Positions 1 to 9,905 of a stretch of DNA of 64,000 nucleotides are shown piece by piece. Origin of the DNA: an uncultured Bacteroidota bacterium (GTDB taxonomy: Bacteria > Bacteroidota > Ignavibacteria > UBA10030 > UBA8401); assembly GCA_963717445.1 (NCBI GenBank), contig OY970334.1:3987704-4051703 (forward strand), written 5' to 3'. The notes under the pieces are model-generated. The model was given only the letters and a program-made list of their open reading frames with translations, was not told the DNA's origin and ran no database searches. Position 1 is the stretch's first letter. Every line of letters starts with the position of its first letter. Both the position numbers and the translations under genes were made by a program.

Positions 1-69
1 ATGCAGGAAGTGAAGTTGATTCTGGAGAACCCCTGGAAACTCGCCGTGTAATTTTCTCTGAAAAAATTC

Positions 70-98
70 TTGCTTTTTCGCCGGTTTTGACGTAAATT
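70..98 (+). promoter_or_regulatory. Putative sigma70 promoter for rplM-rpsI
   Basis: TTGCTT (70-75), 17-nt spacer, TAAATT (93-98) upstream of rplM. Confidence 0.45.
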
Positions 99-140
99 TA
101 AAAGCTGTATAAACTTGAATTTTGAACTGTGGAGGTTGTT

Positions 141-590
141 GTGGCTTTCGGAGATAAAAGCACATATTTTTTTAAACAGAGTGAAATCGAACAAAAGTGG
201 TACCTCGTTGATGCCCAAGGCCAAACTCTTGGGAGGGTTGCAACTCAGGTTGCAAAAGTCCTTCGGGGTAAACACAAACCGATCTTTACTCCAAACGTGG
301 ATACCGGTGATTTTGTCATCGTTGTTAATGCCGAGAAGATCAAAGTGACGGGGAAGCGGACAGATATGAAAGAGTATTTTCATTATACAGGATATCCGGG
401 AGGCGCAGTGTTTGAGAGCTTTAAGGATGTGCTGAAAAAAAATCCTCAAAGGGTGATAGAACATGCCGTCAAAGGGATGCTTCCGCACAATCGTTTGGGA
501 AAACGGATCTTTAAAAAATTAAAAGTCTACACCGGCACCGAACATCCGCACGCGGCTCAGAAGCCCGAAGCACTCGCGGTCAAAAGCTAA
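141..590 (+). CDS. rplM: 50S ribosomal protein L13
   Basis: [43 protein letters not shown] motifs. The ORF track starts at 129; GGAGG at 131-135 favours GTG at 141. Confidence 0.97.
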   Translation: MAFGDKSTYFFKQSEIEQKWYLVDAQGQTLGRVATQVAKVLRGKHKPIFTPNVDTGDFVIVVNAEKIKVTGKRTDMKEYFHYTGYPGGAVFESFKDVLKKNPQRVIEHAVKGMLPHNRLGKRIFKKLKVYTGTEHPHAAQKPEALAVKS

Positions 591-624
591 ATACTCAATA
601 CCATTTTGATATCGAAGGACTAGA

Positions 625-1017
625 ATGCCTCAACACAATATCATCGCTGTCGGACGCCGCAAGACCTCGGTAGCTCGTGTGATTCTCAAAGCGGGTTCCG
701 GCACGATTGTCGTGAACAAACAGCCGTTCGAAAAATATTTTCCTCAGGAAATTTACCGAGCGGATATCGTAAAGCCGTTCAGCGTTACAGAGACTGCGGG
801 TAAATACGATGTCGCCGTGACCGTTGAGGGTGGGGGAGCCGCGGGACAAGCCGGTGCGATGCGACTTGGAATCGCGCGGGCGCTTCTCGAAGCGAGCGAT
901 GAATTCCGCACTTCGTTGCGCAGCCACACGCTGCTCACCCGCGACCCGCGAATGGTGGAGCGGAAAAAATACGGACAGAAAAAAGCCCGTAAACGATTTC
1001 AATTTTCAAAACGATAA
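625..1017 (+). CDS. rpsI: 30S ribosomal protein S9
   Basis: [10 protein letters not shown] and the C-terminal [27 protein letters not shown]. Confidence 0.98.
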   Translation: MPQHNIIAVGRRKTSVARVILKAGSGTIVVNKQPFEKYFPQEIYRADIVKPFSVTETAGKYDVAVTVEGGGAAGQAGAMRLGIARALLEASDEFRTSLRSHTLLTRDPRMVERKKYGQKKARKRFQFSKR

Positions 1018-1019
1018 GA

Positions 1020-1167
1020 GAAAGGCCGCGAACAGCGATGTGTTCGCCCTTTTCTGTTACGTTATATCAAGCATACTTTCCGACTTGTACGGAAGTGTCC
1101 CCCTTAGGGGGATCCCGGATGAGGATGACGAAAGTAGAAGACTAAAACTAAACATAGAAGGAATACC
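1020..1167 (+). promoter_or_regulatory. Structured rpsB leader / attenuator candidate
   Basis: Hairpin GCGAACA(1028-34)/TGTTCGC(1041-47) flanked by AAAGG/CCTTTT, in the rpsI-rpsB spacer. rpsB leaders are known S2 autoregulation sites in other bacteria. Confidence 0.35.
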
Positions 1168-1944
1168 ATGCCACGAGTAGAACTCGCCGATCTCCTCGGT
1201 GCGGGTGCCCACTTTGGACACCTCACCCGCCGATGGAATCCCAAGATGAAGCCATATATTTTTATGGAACGCAACGGGATTCACATTATCGACCTCAAAA
1301 AATCTCAGGAACTGCTCGAAGAAGCGTGTACCGCGATTGCGAATATCGCTGCTGAAGGAAAGAAAGTCCTTTTCGTAGGGACAAAAAAGCAGGCGAAGGA
1401 CGTTATTCTTGAAGAAGCAAAGCGCTGCAACCAGTATTACATCAGCGAGCGCTGGCTGGGTGGTGCGCTGACAAATTTCACCACGATCAGGAAGAGCGTG
1501 AAGCGTCTGACGAATATCGAGAAGATGGAATCAGACGGCACGTTCGACAAGATCACAAAGAAAGAAGGGCTTTTTCTCACGAGGGAAAAAGACAAACTGA
1601 GCAAAACGCTTTCCGGCGTTGTCGATATGACGCGGCTCCCCGGCGCTCTGTTCGTTGTCGACGTCAAAAAAGAATCGATCGCGGTGAAGGAAGCAAAACG
1701 GCTCGGAATTCCGGTGTTTGCTATCGTCGATACGAACTGTGATCCTGACGAAATTGACTATATCATCCCCGGGAACGATGATGCGTTGAAAACGGTGCAG
1801 GTGATCACACGTGCGTTTGCAAACGCGATTCTCGAAGGTTTGGAACGGGTGAAAGCTCATCAGCAGGAAGTACCCGAAGAACACGAAAAACAGGAAGAAG
1901 TTGTGACCAAGGAAGAGACGGCTAAGATTGAAGAGAAAGAGTAA
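1168..1944 (+). CDS. rpsB: 30S ribosomal protein S2
   Basis: [37 protein letters not shown] motifs. Confidence 0.98.
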   Translation: MPRVELADLLGAGAHFGHLTRRWNPKMKPYIFMERNGIHIIDLKKSQELLEEACTAIANIAAEGKKVLFVGTKKQAKDVILEEAKRCNQYYISERWLGGALTNFTTIRKSVKRLTNIEKMESDGTFDKITKKEGLFLTREKDKLSKTLSGVVDMTRLPGALFVVDVKKESIAVKEAKRLGIPVFAIVDTNCDPDEIDYIIPGNDDALKTVQVITRAFANAILEGLERVKAHQQEVPEEHEKQEEVVTKEETAKIEEKE

Positions 1945-1985
1945 CTCCATTTTTATTATTCATAGCAGAGAAAAGAAAACGCAGT

Positions 1986-2849
1986 ATGGCTATCACAAGT
2001 GAAACAGTAAAAAAATTACGCGAAAAAACCGGCGCCGGCATGATGGACTGCAAACGTGCGCTCGAAGCGACCAACGGCGACATGGAGAAAGCGATTGAAT
2101 TTCTCCGGAAGAAGGGGGCGGCGACTGCAGAGAAGCGCGCCGACCGCATTGCGAATCAAGGCATGATTGTGACAAAAGTGGCGAACGGCGGAACGCTCGG
2201 TGTCATCGTTGAAATCAACAGCGAGACTGATTTTGTGGCGCGGAGCCAGGACTTCATTCAATTCGCAAACGATGTGGCGTCAATTATTGAGCGGAAATTG
2301 CCAGCGTCAATCGCGGAGTTGCTTGCCCTTCAGTACACCGACAAACGAACGGTAGCGGACGCCCTATCGGACCTTGTCGGAAAAATCGGCGAGAAAATCG
2401 AAATCAAACGGTTTGATGTTGTTACTGCCAACGGCAGCGTGATTGAAGCGTACACCCACATGGGAAGTAAGATCGGCGTCCTTGTGGAGCTAGCAACCGG
2501 TTCGGGGTCCGACGAAGTAAAGACCATCGCCCGCGATGTTGCCATGCAGACCGCCGCCATGAATCCGAATGTCGTTTCCCGCGAGCACATCGACAAAAAA
2601 ATTATCGAACGCGAGCTCGATATTTACCGGCAACAGGCAAAGAACGAAGGGAAACCCGAGCAGGTTGTCGATCGCATAGCGACGGGGCGGCTCGAAAAAT
2701 ATTTCCAGGAAGTCGTTCTTCTGGAGCAAAGCTTCATCAAAGACGCGAGCAAAAGCATCAAAGAGGTTTTGCAGGAATCCTCCGGAAAGCTCAACGACAA
2801 ACTCACAGTGCGTCAGTTTAAACGGTATCAACTCGGCGAAGAAAAATAA
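1986..2849 (+). CDS. tsf: Elongation factor Ts
   Basis: LREKTGAGMMDCKRAL, EINSETDFVAR, LLEQSFIKD motifs. Confidence 0.98.
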   Translation: MAITSETVKKLREKTGAGMMDCKRALEATNGDMEKAIEFLRKKGAATAEKRADRIANQGMIVTKVANGGTLGVIVEINSETDFVARSQDFIQFANDVASIIERKLPASIAELLALQYTDKRTVADALSDLVGKIGEKIEIKRFDVVTANGSVIEAYTHMGSKIGVLVELATGSGSDEVKTIARDVAMQTAAMNPNVVSREHIDKKIIERELDIYRQQAKNEGKPEQVVDRIATGRLEKYFQEVVLLEQSFIKDASKSIKEVLQESSGKLNDKLTVRQFKRYQLGEEK

Positions 2850-2855
2850 TCGTTG

Positions 2856-2887
2856 AAAGAAAGGTCTCAACCGAGACCTTTCTTTTT
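2856..2887 (+). terminator. Intrinsic terminator after tsf
   Basis: AAAGAAAGGTCTC-AACC-GAGACCTTTCTTT followed by TT. Confidence 0.7.
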
Positions 2888-2903
2888 ATCCAAGAGGAGA
2901 GCT

Positions 2904-3638
2904 ATGCCGAAGCCAATATACAAGCGGATCATGCTGAAACTTAGCGGCGAGTCGCTTATGGGCGAAAAAGAGTACGGGATCGATTCGGACGTTATCGGGC
3001 GGTATGCCGAAGAGATTAAAAGCGTACAAGCACTCGGCGTGCAAATCGGTATCGTCATCGGTGGCGGGAATATTTACCGCGGCATTGAAAATTCGTCCGA
3101 CGGCATCGACAAAGTAACGGGCGACCATATGGGGATGCTCGCGACGGTGATCAACGCGCTTGCGCTTCAAAGCGCGCTCGAACGTCACGGGGTCTTTACA
3201 CGCTGCCAGACTGCAATCAACATGGAACGGATCGCTGAACCGTTCATTCGCCGCCGCGCGATCCGCCATCTGGAAAAGGGCCGCCTTGTGATCTTCGCCG
3301 CAGGAACCGGCAATCCATATTTTACCACGGATACCGCAGCCGTGCTTCGCGCCATTGAAATTGGGGCTGACGTTATCATCAAAGGAACACGAGTCGACGG
3401 CGTGTATGATTCCGACCCGGAAAAAAATCCCTCTGCAAAACATTTTCCGCATATTTCTTACCACGATGTGCTGCGAAAAGATTTGCGCGTTATGGACATG
3501 ACGGCAATAACCCTTTGCCAAGAAAATCATCTGCCGATCGCAATTTTTAATATGAATATTCCGTCCAACCTTCGGCGCCTGGTTCTCGGAGAAAAAGTAG
3601 GGACTGCGGTAAGCGACAACGCGGTTGCTTTGCACTAA
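2904..3638 (+). CDS. pyrH: UMP kinase
   Basis: [36 protein letters not shown]. Start taken at ATG 2904 (ORF track extends to 2853). Confidence 0.97.
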   Translation: MPKPIYKRIMLKLSGESLMGEKEYGIDSDVIGRYAEEIKSVQALGVQIGIVIGGGNIYRGIENSSDGIDKVTGDHMGMLATVINALALQSALERHGVFTRCQTAINMERIAEPFIRRRAIRHLEKGRLVIFAAGTGNPYFTTDTAAVLRAIEIGADVIIKGTRVDGVYDSDPEKNPSAKHFPHISYHDVLRKDLRVMDMTAITLCQENHLPIAIFNMNIPSNLRRLVLGEKVGTAVSDNAVALH

Positions 3639-3664
3639 TCCAATCATAACCATTGGGTGAGACT

Positions 3665-4222
3665 ATGTTAAAGGAAATTTTAAAGGACGGCGAGACACGG
3701 ATGCACAAAGCCGTGGATGTTGTGCGTACAGAATTGACAAAAATAAGAACCGGTAAAGCGACGACAGCTCTTCTCGATGCAGTCAAAGTAGACTATTATG
3801 GGACGCCGACGCCGTTGAATCAAGTCGGAAGCGTGAGCGTGCCGGATGTTCATCTTATCACAATTACGCCATGGGACAAAGCGATGCTCGTGCATATTGA
3901 AAAAGCAATTCTCGCTTCAAACCTTGGGCTGAACCCGAGCACGGACGGAACTGTTGTGCGTGTGCCCATTCCCCCCCTCAACGAAGAACGCCGCAAAGAG
4001 CTTGTCAAGCTCGTCAAAAAATTCGGTGAGGAAGGGAAAGTCGCTATCCGCAACATTCGCCGCGATACGAACGAGCACTTGAAAAAGGCTGAAAAAGATG
4101 AACACTTTTCCGAGGATGAACGGAAACGGGGAGAACAGGAAACGCAGAAATACACCGACCATTATATCAAAGAAATCGAAAACCTTCTGGCTGTCAAGGA
4201 AAAAGAAATTATGGAAGTGTAG
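3665..4222 (+). CDS. frr: Ribosome recycling factor
   Basis: IRTGKA, VDYYGTPTPLNQV, PPLNEERRKELVK, VAIRNIRRD. Confidence 0.97.
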   Translation: MLKEILKDGETRMHKAVDVVRTELTKIRTGKATTALLDAVKVDYYGTPTPLNQVGSVSVPDVHLITITPWDKAMLVHIEKAILASNLGLNPSTDGTVVRVPIPPLNEERRKELVKLVKKFGEEGKVAIRNIRRDTNEHLKKAEKDEHFSEDERKRGEQETQKYTDHYIKEIENLLAVKEKEIMEV

Positions 4223-4245
4223 GCCGGATAAAGATTCTTCTACCG

Positions 4246-4274
4246 AAGCCTCATTCTTTCAGTGAGGCTTTTTT
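4246..4274 (+). terminator. Intrinsic terminator after frr
   Basis: AAGCCTCA-N9-TGAGGCTT followed by a T-run. Confidence 0.75.
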
Positions 4275-4291
4275 ATTTAACGGTCACCGGC

Positions 4292-4320
4292 TTGACAATG
4301 GTTCTTCTAAGCAGTATTCT
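4292..4320 (+). promoter_or_regulatory. Putative sigma70 promoter for the pspC operon
   Basis: TTGACA-N17-TATTCT. Confidence 0.6.
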
Positions 4321-4356
4321 TCCGAAGAATTGCTCGAAAAAAACCACGCTCGATCC

Positions 4357-4384
4357 TGTAACATTGTACAAGATCTCTCGTAAT
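4357..4384 (+). promoter_or_regulatory. Putative ECF-sigma promoter upstream of the pspC operon
   Basis: TGTAAC-N16-CGTAAT, resembling AAC...CGT ECF consensus. Confidence 0.45.
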
Positions 4385-4438
4385 ACTCTTTGGAGGCCGG
4401 AATTTTGAAGTCAGTTACGTTAGACGGCTGAGGTATTT

Positions 4439-5104
4439 ATGGAACCGAAACGGTTATTTAAGTCGAGGACAAACAAGGTCATTGCCGGTGTCTGCGGCGG
4501 CCTGGCAGAATATTTCGACGTTGACCCGGTGATCATGCGGGTCCTTTTCGTGCTGCTTGCTTTTTTTGGCGGCTCCGGGTTTATTCTCTACATCGCCTGC
4601 GCGATCATCATGCCGAAGGAGCTGTTCAATCTTGATGGCCCGGCCGCACCGGTACAATCGCGTTCGGCAAACGCACGGAAATTGTTCGGGATCGCCCTTA
4701 TTATTGGCGGCGCAATTGTCCTGTTCTCGAACCTTGGATTCTTTTCTTTTTTCCACGTGTGGGACGTGTCCTGGAGTTTGGTGTTTCCGGTCCTGCTCAT
4801 TTTGTTGGGAATGGCAATTATTTATTATCGGCAAGCCGAAGAAGCGCCTGCAACTGAACAGCCTGCAGATTTCCAGGCCGAGCAAACGCCGCCTCCTGTC
4901 GCGCACATTCGCACATTCAGGCGATCAAGGTCCGATAAAAAACTCGGAGGAGTGTGCGGTGGCCTGGCAAAATATTTTTCCATTGATTCCACGTTATTGA
5001 GATTGTTATATATTATTTTGTGCTTGGCCTCCTTCGGTGCGGGCGTTGTGCTCTATATAACGCTCGTGCTCCTTGTGCCATACGAAAGTCAGTCTAACTT
5101 ATAA
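4439..5104 (+). CDS. PspC-domain membrane protein with two PspC domains
   Basis: RLFKSRTNKVIAGVCGGLAEYF at the N-terminus and RRSRSDKKLGGVCGGLAKYF near the C-terminus, with transmembrane segments between. Confidence 0.85.
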   Translation: MEPKRLFKSRTNKVIAGVCGGLAEYFDVDPVIMRVLFVLLAFFGGSGFILYIACAIIMPKELFNLDGPAAPVQSRSANARKLFGIALIIGGAIVLFSNLGFFSFFHVWDVSWSLVFPVLLILLGMAIIYYRQAEEAPATEQPADFQAEQTPPPVAHIRTFRRSRSDKKLGGVCGGLAKYFSIDSTLLRLLYIILCLASFGAGVVLYITLVLLVPYESQSNL

Positions 5105-5127
5105 GTATCTATCGACAAGGTACACTC

Positions 5128-5637
5128 ATGGAACAGCACAATTTCAATCGGTTTCCCATTATAGGGTTAGTACTCGTCCTGTTGGGCGTTGCTTTCTTGT
5201 TGAATCAAATGAGCGTCATTCATATCGGTGGATGGGCGCTCGTGTGGCTCGGGCTTCTTGTCTACGGAGGCGCGGTGGTTATCCGTTCAATCGTCAGCAA
5301 CGACCGGAGCAAAGTGTTCTTTGGGACATTATGCTTCCTTAGCGGCATTTTATTTTTTTTGCGGAAAGGCGGCTTCATTCACGGCTCATTCTCAATTTAT
5401 TTTCCTGCGTTCATTATCATCGTAGGGCTGGCATTTTTCATGTTGTTCGTCTTCAACGCGAAAGATTGGCATTTGCTGATCCCGTCGATTATTTTTCTCG
5501 GTCTTGGCGCCGCACTGATGCTGACCCACCTTGGCTATTGGTACAGCAGAGACGTCTGGCGGTCCATCGCTTCCTACTGGCCGTTGATTCTGATTCTGAT
5601 CGGTGCGACGATGTTATTACGGAGACGGAAAACGTAA
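5128..5637 (+). CDS. LiaF/LiaI-like multi-TM envelope-stress membrane protein
   Basis: GLVLVLLGVAFLL...YWPLILILIG hydrophobic repeats; directly follows the pspC gene. Confidence 0.7.
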   Translation: MEQHNFNRFPIIGLVLVLLGVAFLLNQMSVIHIGGWALVWLGLLVYGGAVVIRSIVSNDRSKVFFGTLCFLSGILFFLRKGGFIHGSFSIYFPAFIIIVGLAFFMLFVFNAKDWHLLIPSIIFLGLGAALMLTHLGYWYSRDVWRSIASYWPLILILIGATMLLRRRKT

Positions 5638-5673
5638 TAGAAGTTTGGAAGGATGAGTGGAGGCGAAGGCTCC

Positions 5674-8475
5674 TCAGTGCGCCTCAAGCCAGTTGTTGCC
5701 GGTGCCGATTTCAACTTCAATAGGCACGTTAAGTTTCAACGCGTTCTTCATGTTGTCTTCGACAAGTCTTCTTACCGCGGTCTCTTCTTTTTTGACTACC
5801 TCGAACACTAATTCATCGTGAACCTGCAGAAGCATTTTACTCCGCAGGTTTTTCTTTTGCAGGCCGTCGTAAATTTTGATCATTGCAAGTTTGATCATGT
5901 CGGCGGCCGTTCCCTGGATCGGCATGTTGATCGCCTGGCGCTCGGCATTAGACCGCAGGTTTGCATTTTTGCTGTGAATGTCCGGCAGATAGCGGCGCCT
6001 GTCAAGGAGCGTTGTTACAAAACCGTCATTCCGAACTTTTGCGATGGTGTCGGCGATATACCTGTTGACTTTGGGAAACCGCTCGAAGTATTTTGCAATA
6101 ATTTCTTTCGCTTCGGCTTGACTGATTTCTAAGCGAGATGCTAAGCCGAACGCACCGATGCCGTACATAATTCCGAAATTTACTTCTTTTGCCTTACGAC
6201 GCATATCCCGTGTGACATCGTTTGCGGCAACTCCGAAAACTTTGGCGGCCGTCGTGGAGTGAATGTCCTCTCCCGACGCAAATGCCTCGAGTAATCCCTC
6301 ATCCCCGGAAATATGCGCCATGATGCGTAGCTCTATCTGAGAATAATCCGCCGACATGATCTCCATTTCTTTTCCTCCGGGAATGAACGCGCGGCGTATC
6401 TCCCTGCCGATTTCAGACCGGATCGGAATGTTCTGCAAATTCGGGTCGCTGCTCGAAAGCCTTCCGGTTGCCGCCACCGTTTGATTAAACGAGGTGTGGA
6501 CACGTCCCGTTGCCGCGTGAACAAGTTTCGGCAGCGCATCGACGTACGTAGACTTGAGCTTTGAAAGCTGGCGATAGTCGAGCATCCTCTCTACGATCGG
6601 ATGCTCCTTCCGTAACGTTTCGAGGACCGACACATCAGTCGAAAAACCGGTTTTCGTTTTACGAACGGTTGGCAATTTTAGCTTATCAAAAAGAATGACG
6701 GAAAGCTGCTGGGTGGAATTGATATTGAACTTCTCGCCGGCGTCGGCATAGATCTGCGCCACCAGGTTGTCGAGCTGCCTCTCGAGTTCTTTGGACATCC
6801 CGGAAAGGAAGTTGACGTCGATTTTTACCCCTGTGAATTCCATATCTGCAAGCACGCCGATGAGGGGAAATTCTACTTCGCTGCATAGCGACTTCATTCC
6901 CTGCGCCGCGAGCTTGTCATGCAGAATGTTCGTTAGCTGAAAAGTGACGTCGGCGTCTTCGGCCGAGTAATTTCCGACATTGATCATGGGGACATCCCGG
7001 ATATCTTTTTTCTCTTTTCCGGTACCGATCAGCTCGTCGAAGGAAACCATTTTATAGTTTAAGTACTCTTTCGCGAGAACGTCGAGATTGTGTTGGCCTT
7101 CAGAGCGGAGCACGTAACTGGCGACCATCGTGTCGAAACCCACGCCTTTTGTCCAGATGCCTTTTCGCGAAAAGACGAGCATATCATATTTTATGTTCTG
7201 CCCGTATTTTTTAATCTTCTCATTTTCAAAAACCGGCTTGATATCGGCGATAATTTTTTTCAAAGCGAATGATTTTTCCTTCGAGTTCTTCGGGTGGGTT
7301 TTTGCCGGCTCGAACAGGGTACCGTTACCGGAAGGTTCTTCGCGCTCAATTTCTACCGGTAGATAGTATGCTTTGTTTGCCCCGAAACAGAACGATATTC
7401 CGACGATTTGCGCCCGCAGTGCGTCGGTGGAAGTCGTCTCCGTGTCGAAAACAAACTCTTTTGCTTTTTTCAGCTCCGAAATCAGGCGTAAATATTTTGC
7501 GTCGGAATCGACGATGATGTACTCGTGCACGGAGGTTGTAATGTCGCGGAGATTGAGAATCTGCGGGTCAAAGCTGACATCGGCATCAGGCCTTGCTTCG
7601 TCCTCCTGTAATCGCCGGGCGAGGCTCCGGAATTCCAGTTTGGTGTATAATTGAAGTAGTGCGTGAATATTTTTTTCTGCTGATTTAAGCTTATGGAAAT
7701 CGATCACCACAGGGGCATGAATTTCAATCGTGACGAGCTTTTTTGATAACAAGGCCATTTCTTTGTGGGAGCGCAATTTTTCCTGCAATCCTTTTTGAGG
7801 AATTTCGTCGATATGAGTAAGAAGATTTTCAATCGTCCCATATTTTTTTATCAAGGGCTCGGCAGTTTTCGGTCCGACCCCGGCAACGCCCGGCACATTG
7901 TCCGACTGATCGCCGATTAACCCGAGGATTTCGATGACCTGTTCCGGCGGCACACCGAATTTTTCCATGACTCCCGTTTCATCGACAATCTCATCGTCAT
8001 TTCCACCTTTCCCCGGGCGATACAGTTTCACGCTGGGGGAGACGAGCTGCATGAAATCCTTATCGCTGGTGACAAGGAATGTTTCGACATTTTCCTTTTC
8101 GGCGCGTTTGGCAAGCGTACCGATCACATCGTCTGCTTCGAAGCCGGGGAGTTCTACGACAGGAACATTAAACGCCCGGACGACATCCTTTAGCGTATCC
8201 ATCATCGCAGACATATCTTCCGGCATTTTTTGGCGTGTCGCTTTGTATTCAGGATAGGCTTTGTGGCGGAAGGTAGGCTCGATGGTGTCAAAAACGACCG
8301 CGATATAATCCGGTTTTTTTTCGTCCAGGATTTTATTCAGGTAATTCACAAAACCGAAAATAGCGCTGGTATTCTCTCCTTTTGAATTGATCAGGGGGTT
8401 CCTGATAAAGGCGAAGTACGAGCGGTAGGCAAGGGCCATTCCGTCGAGAAGATACATCGTCGGCTTTTGTTTCAT
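5674..8475 (-). CDS. polA: DNA polymerase I
   Basis: YLLDGMALAYRSY (5'-3' exo), FDTETT (3'-5' exo), SADYSQIELR, KEVNFGIMYG, LLQVHDELV. True start MKQKP at 8475; the ORF-track extension to 8721 crosses an intergenic repeat. Confidence 0.98.
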   Translation of the reverse strand: MKQKPTMYLLDGMALAYRSYFAFIRNPLINSKGENTSAIFGFVNYLNKILDEKKPDYIAVVFDTIEPTFRHKAYPEYKATRQKMPEDMSAMMDTLKDVVRAFNVPVVELPGFEADDVIGTLAKRAEKENVETFLVTSDKDFMQLVSPSVKLYRPGKGGNDDEIVDETGVMEKFGVPPEQVIEILGLIGDQSDNVPGVAGVGPKTAEPLIKKYGTIENLLTHIDEIPQKGLQEKLRSHKEMALLSKKLVTIEIHAPVVIDFHKLKSAEKNIHALLQLYTKLEFRSLARRLQEDEARPDADVSFDPQILNLRDITTSVHEYIIVDSDAKYLRLISELKKAKEFVFDTETTSTDALRAQIVGISFCFGANKAYYLPVEIEREEPSGNGTLFEPAKTHPKNSKEKSFALKKIIADIKPVFENEKIKKYGQNIKYDMLVFSRKGIWTKGVGFDTMVASYVLRSEGQHNLDVLAKEYLNYKMVSFDELIGTGKEKKDIRDVPMINVGNYSAEDADVTFQLTNILHDKLAAQGMKSLCSEVEFPLIGVLADMEFTGVKIDVNFLSGMSKELERQLDNLVAQIYADAGEKFNINSTQQLSVILFDKLKLPTVRKTKTGFSTDVSVLETLRKEHPIVERMLDYRQLSKLKSTYVDALPKLVHAATGRVHTSFNQTVAATGRLSSSDPNLQNIPIRSEIGREIRRAFIPGGKEMEIMSADYSQIELRIMAHISGDEGLLEAFASGEDIHSTTAAKVFGVAANDVTRDMRRKAKEVNFGIMYGIGAFGLASRLEISQAEAKEIIAKYFERFPKVNRYIADTIAKVRNDGFVTTLLDRRRYLPDIHSKNANLRSNAERQAINMPIQGTAADMIKLAMIKIYDGLQKKNLRSKMLLQVHDELVFEVVKKEETAVRRLVEDNMKNALKLNVPIEVEIGTGNNWLEAH

Positions 8476-8561
8476 TGTGAAAGTCCGGCAAGAAGTTGGG
8501 TCGGAGAAAATATACCCAAAGAGAACTCCAATTGCAAAATGAGATATTTGAAAAATTGTTT

Positions 8562-8630
8562 CTCGCCAAGCCGCAAAGGCGCGAAGGTTTTGTTTTTGAA
8601 TGATTTTGCAACTTTGCGTCTTTGCGTGAG
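8562..8630. repeat. Imperfect intergenic palindrome (CGCAAAGGCGCGAAG...CTTTGCGTCTTTGCG type)
   Basis: Self-complementary arms between the divergent polA and DMT genes; a similar half-motif occurs at about 60845-60870. Confidence 0.6.
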
Positions 8631-8734
8631 CCGTACTTTTGGAATTATTCAGAAGTCTCAAAATAGTAATGTGGCAGAATTTTTGGAAAAGCCGGCGTCC
8701 TTCAGTATATTCTAAAGTCAAAAAACCAATACTG

Positions 8735-9595
8735 ATGATTTATTTTCTGATCTTCATCCAAGTTCTGCTCTCAAGCGGAACTCATCTTGTTGCAAAAGCG
8801 GTCGTGGCCGGCGTTGAGCCGATAGCGTTGACGTTTCTGCGAACTTGCGTTTCGGGTGTCGCGCTCGCTGCGATCTTTGTCATTAAAGAAAAAAGAATAA
8901 AAATCCTTAAGGAAGATTATTGGAAAATGCTATGGCTGTCATTTGTTGTTATTCCGATGAACCAATTCTTGTTCCTTTATGCGATCAAGTTCACTTCGGC
9001 GGCAAACGCTGCATTACTCTATGGAACCACGCCGGTGCTCGTCCTTGTGCTCTCGCATTTCATGCTTGGCGAGAAGTTGACAAAACAAAGGATCGCCGGG
9101 GTTCTGCTTGCTTTTTGCGGTGTCGTGATGATTATTTTTGAGCGCGGCATCAGTTTTTCTTCCGAGTACACGTATGGCAACATTATCATGTTTGTCGCGG
9201 TGATAGGATGGTCATTATACACGATTCAAGGGAAGCCGATGGTGGTTAAGTACGGTGCTTTTCACGTTGCTTCCCTCTCGATGATCGGCGGGATGGTGAT
9301 TTTTCTCCCCCTTGGAATTTATGGAGTGAGCCGGTTCGATATGTCAACGCTAACAGTTACTCGTTGGGAAGGAATCCTCTATCTTGGGCTTGGGACTTCC
9401 GTCGCATCGTACTTTCTATGGTATTATGCGATCGGAAAAATGGAAACGACAAAGGTCGCGATATTTGCAAATGCCCAGCCCGTCGTGACGAGCGTTCTAT
9501 CATATTACTTTCTTCACCAATCAATCACTAAACATTTTATCGCCGGAGGAATTCTCACCCTTTTTGGGGTAGTTCTTACAGAGTTGGGGGAATGA
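8735..9595 (+). CDS. DMT/EamA family transporter
   Basis: About 10 TM segments, two EamA repeats, SAANAALLYGTTP. Start taken at ATG 8735. Confidence 0.9.
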   Translation: MIYFLIFIQVLLSSGTHLVAKAVVAGVEPIALTFLRTCVSGVALAAIFVIKEKRIKILKEDYWKMLWLSFVVIPMNQFLFLYAIKFTSAANAALLYGTTPVLVLVLSHFMLGEKLTKQRIAGVLLAFCGVVMIIFERGISFSSEYTYGNIIMFVAVIGWSLYTIQGKPMVVKYGAFHVASLSMIGGMVIFLPLGIYGVSRFDMSTLTVTRWEGILYLGLGTSVASYFLWYYAIGKMETTKVAIFANAQPVVTSVLSYYFLHQSITKHFIAGGILTLFGVVLTELGE

Positions 9596-9598
9596 CGA

Positions 9599-9749
9599 GT
9601 AGTGTCCTAATTTGCCGGCCAAGTCATGGTGAGCGAAGTCTCACGAAGTGATGCCTTCTGCAGAACCATGACAAACAACTGAACGTCCTTCGACTTCGCT
9701 CAGGACGACTATTGAATATTTTCTTTCAAAAACCAAATTAGGACACTAC
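9599..9749. mobile_element. MITE-like element, 151 bp
   Basis: Perfect 16-bp terminal inverted repeats GTAGTGTCCTAATTTG (9599-9614) / CAAATTAGGACACTAC (9734-9749), flanked on both sides by CGA; no ORF. Confidence 0.7.
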
Positions 9750-9905
9750 CGAATGACCGAATGTATTTACGGGTCGACGTTTGGTTTACTTCTTTCCATG
9801 TTAACAATCACTTCCAGCGTTCCCTTCAAATTTTCCCTTGACTTTATTTCATTGATTAGTATATTCTATATAGATAGGGTTACTTTGCCATAATTTTGAG
9901 GAGTA

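Noticed and set aside
8476-8721. 82-aa N-terminal extension of PolA and 32-aa extension of the DMT protein
   Set aside because: Open frame through an intergenic palindrome; recognisable homology starts at MKQKP (8475) and MIYFL (8735).
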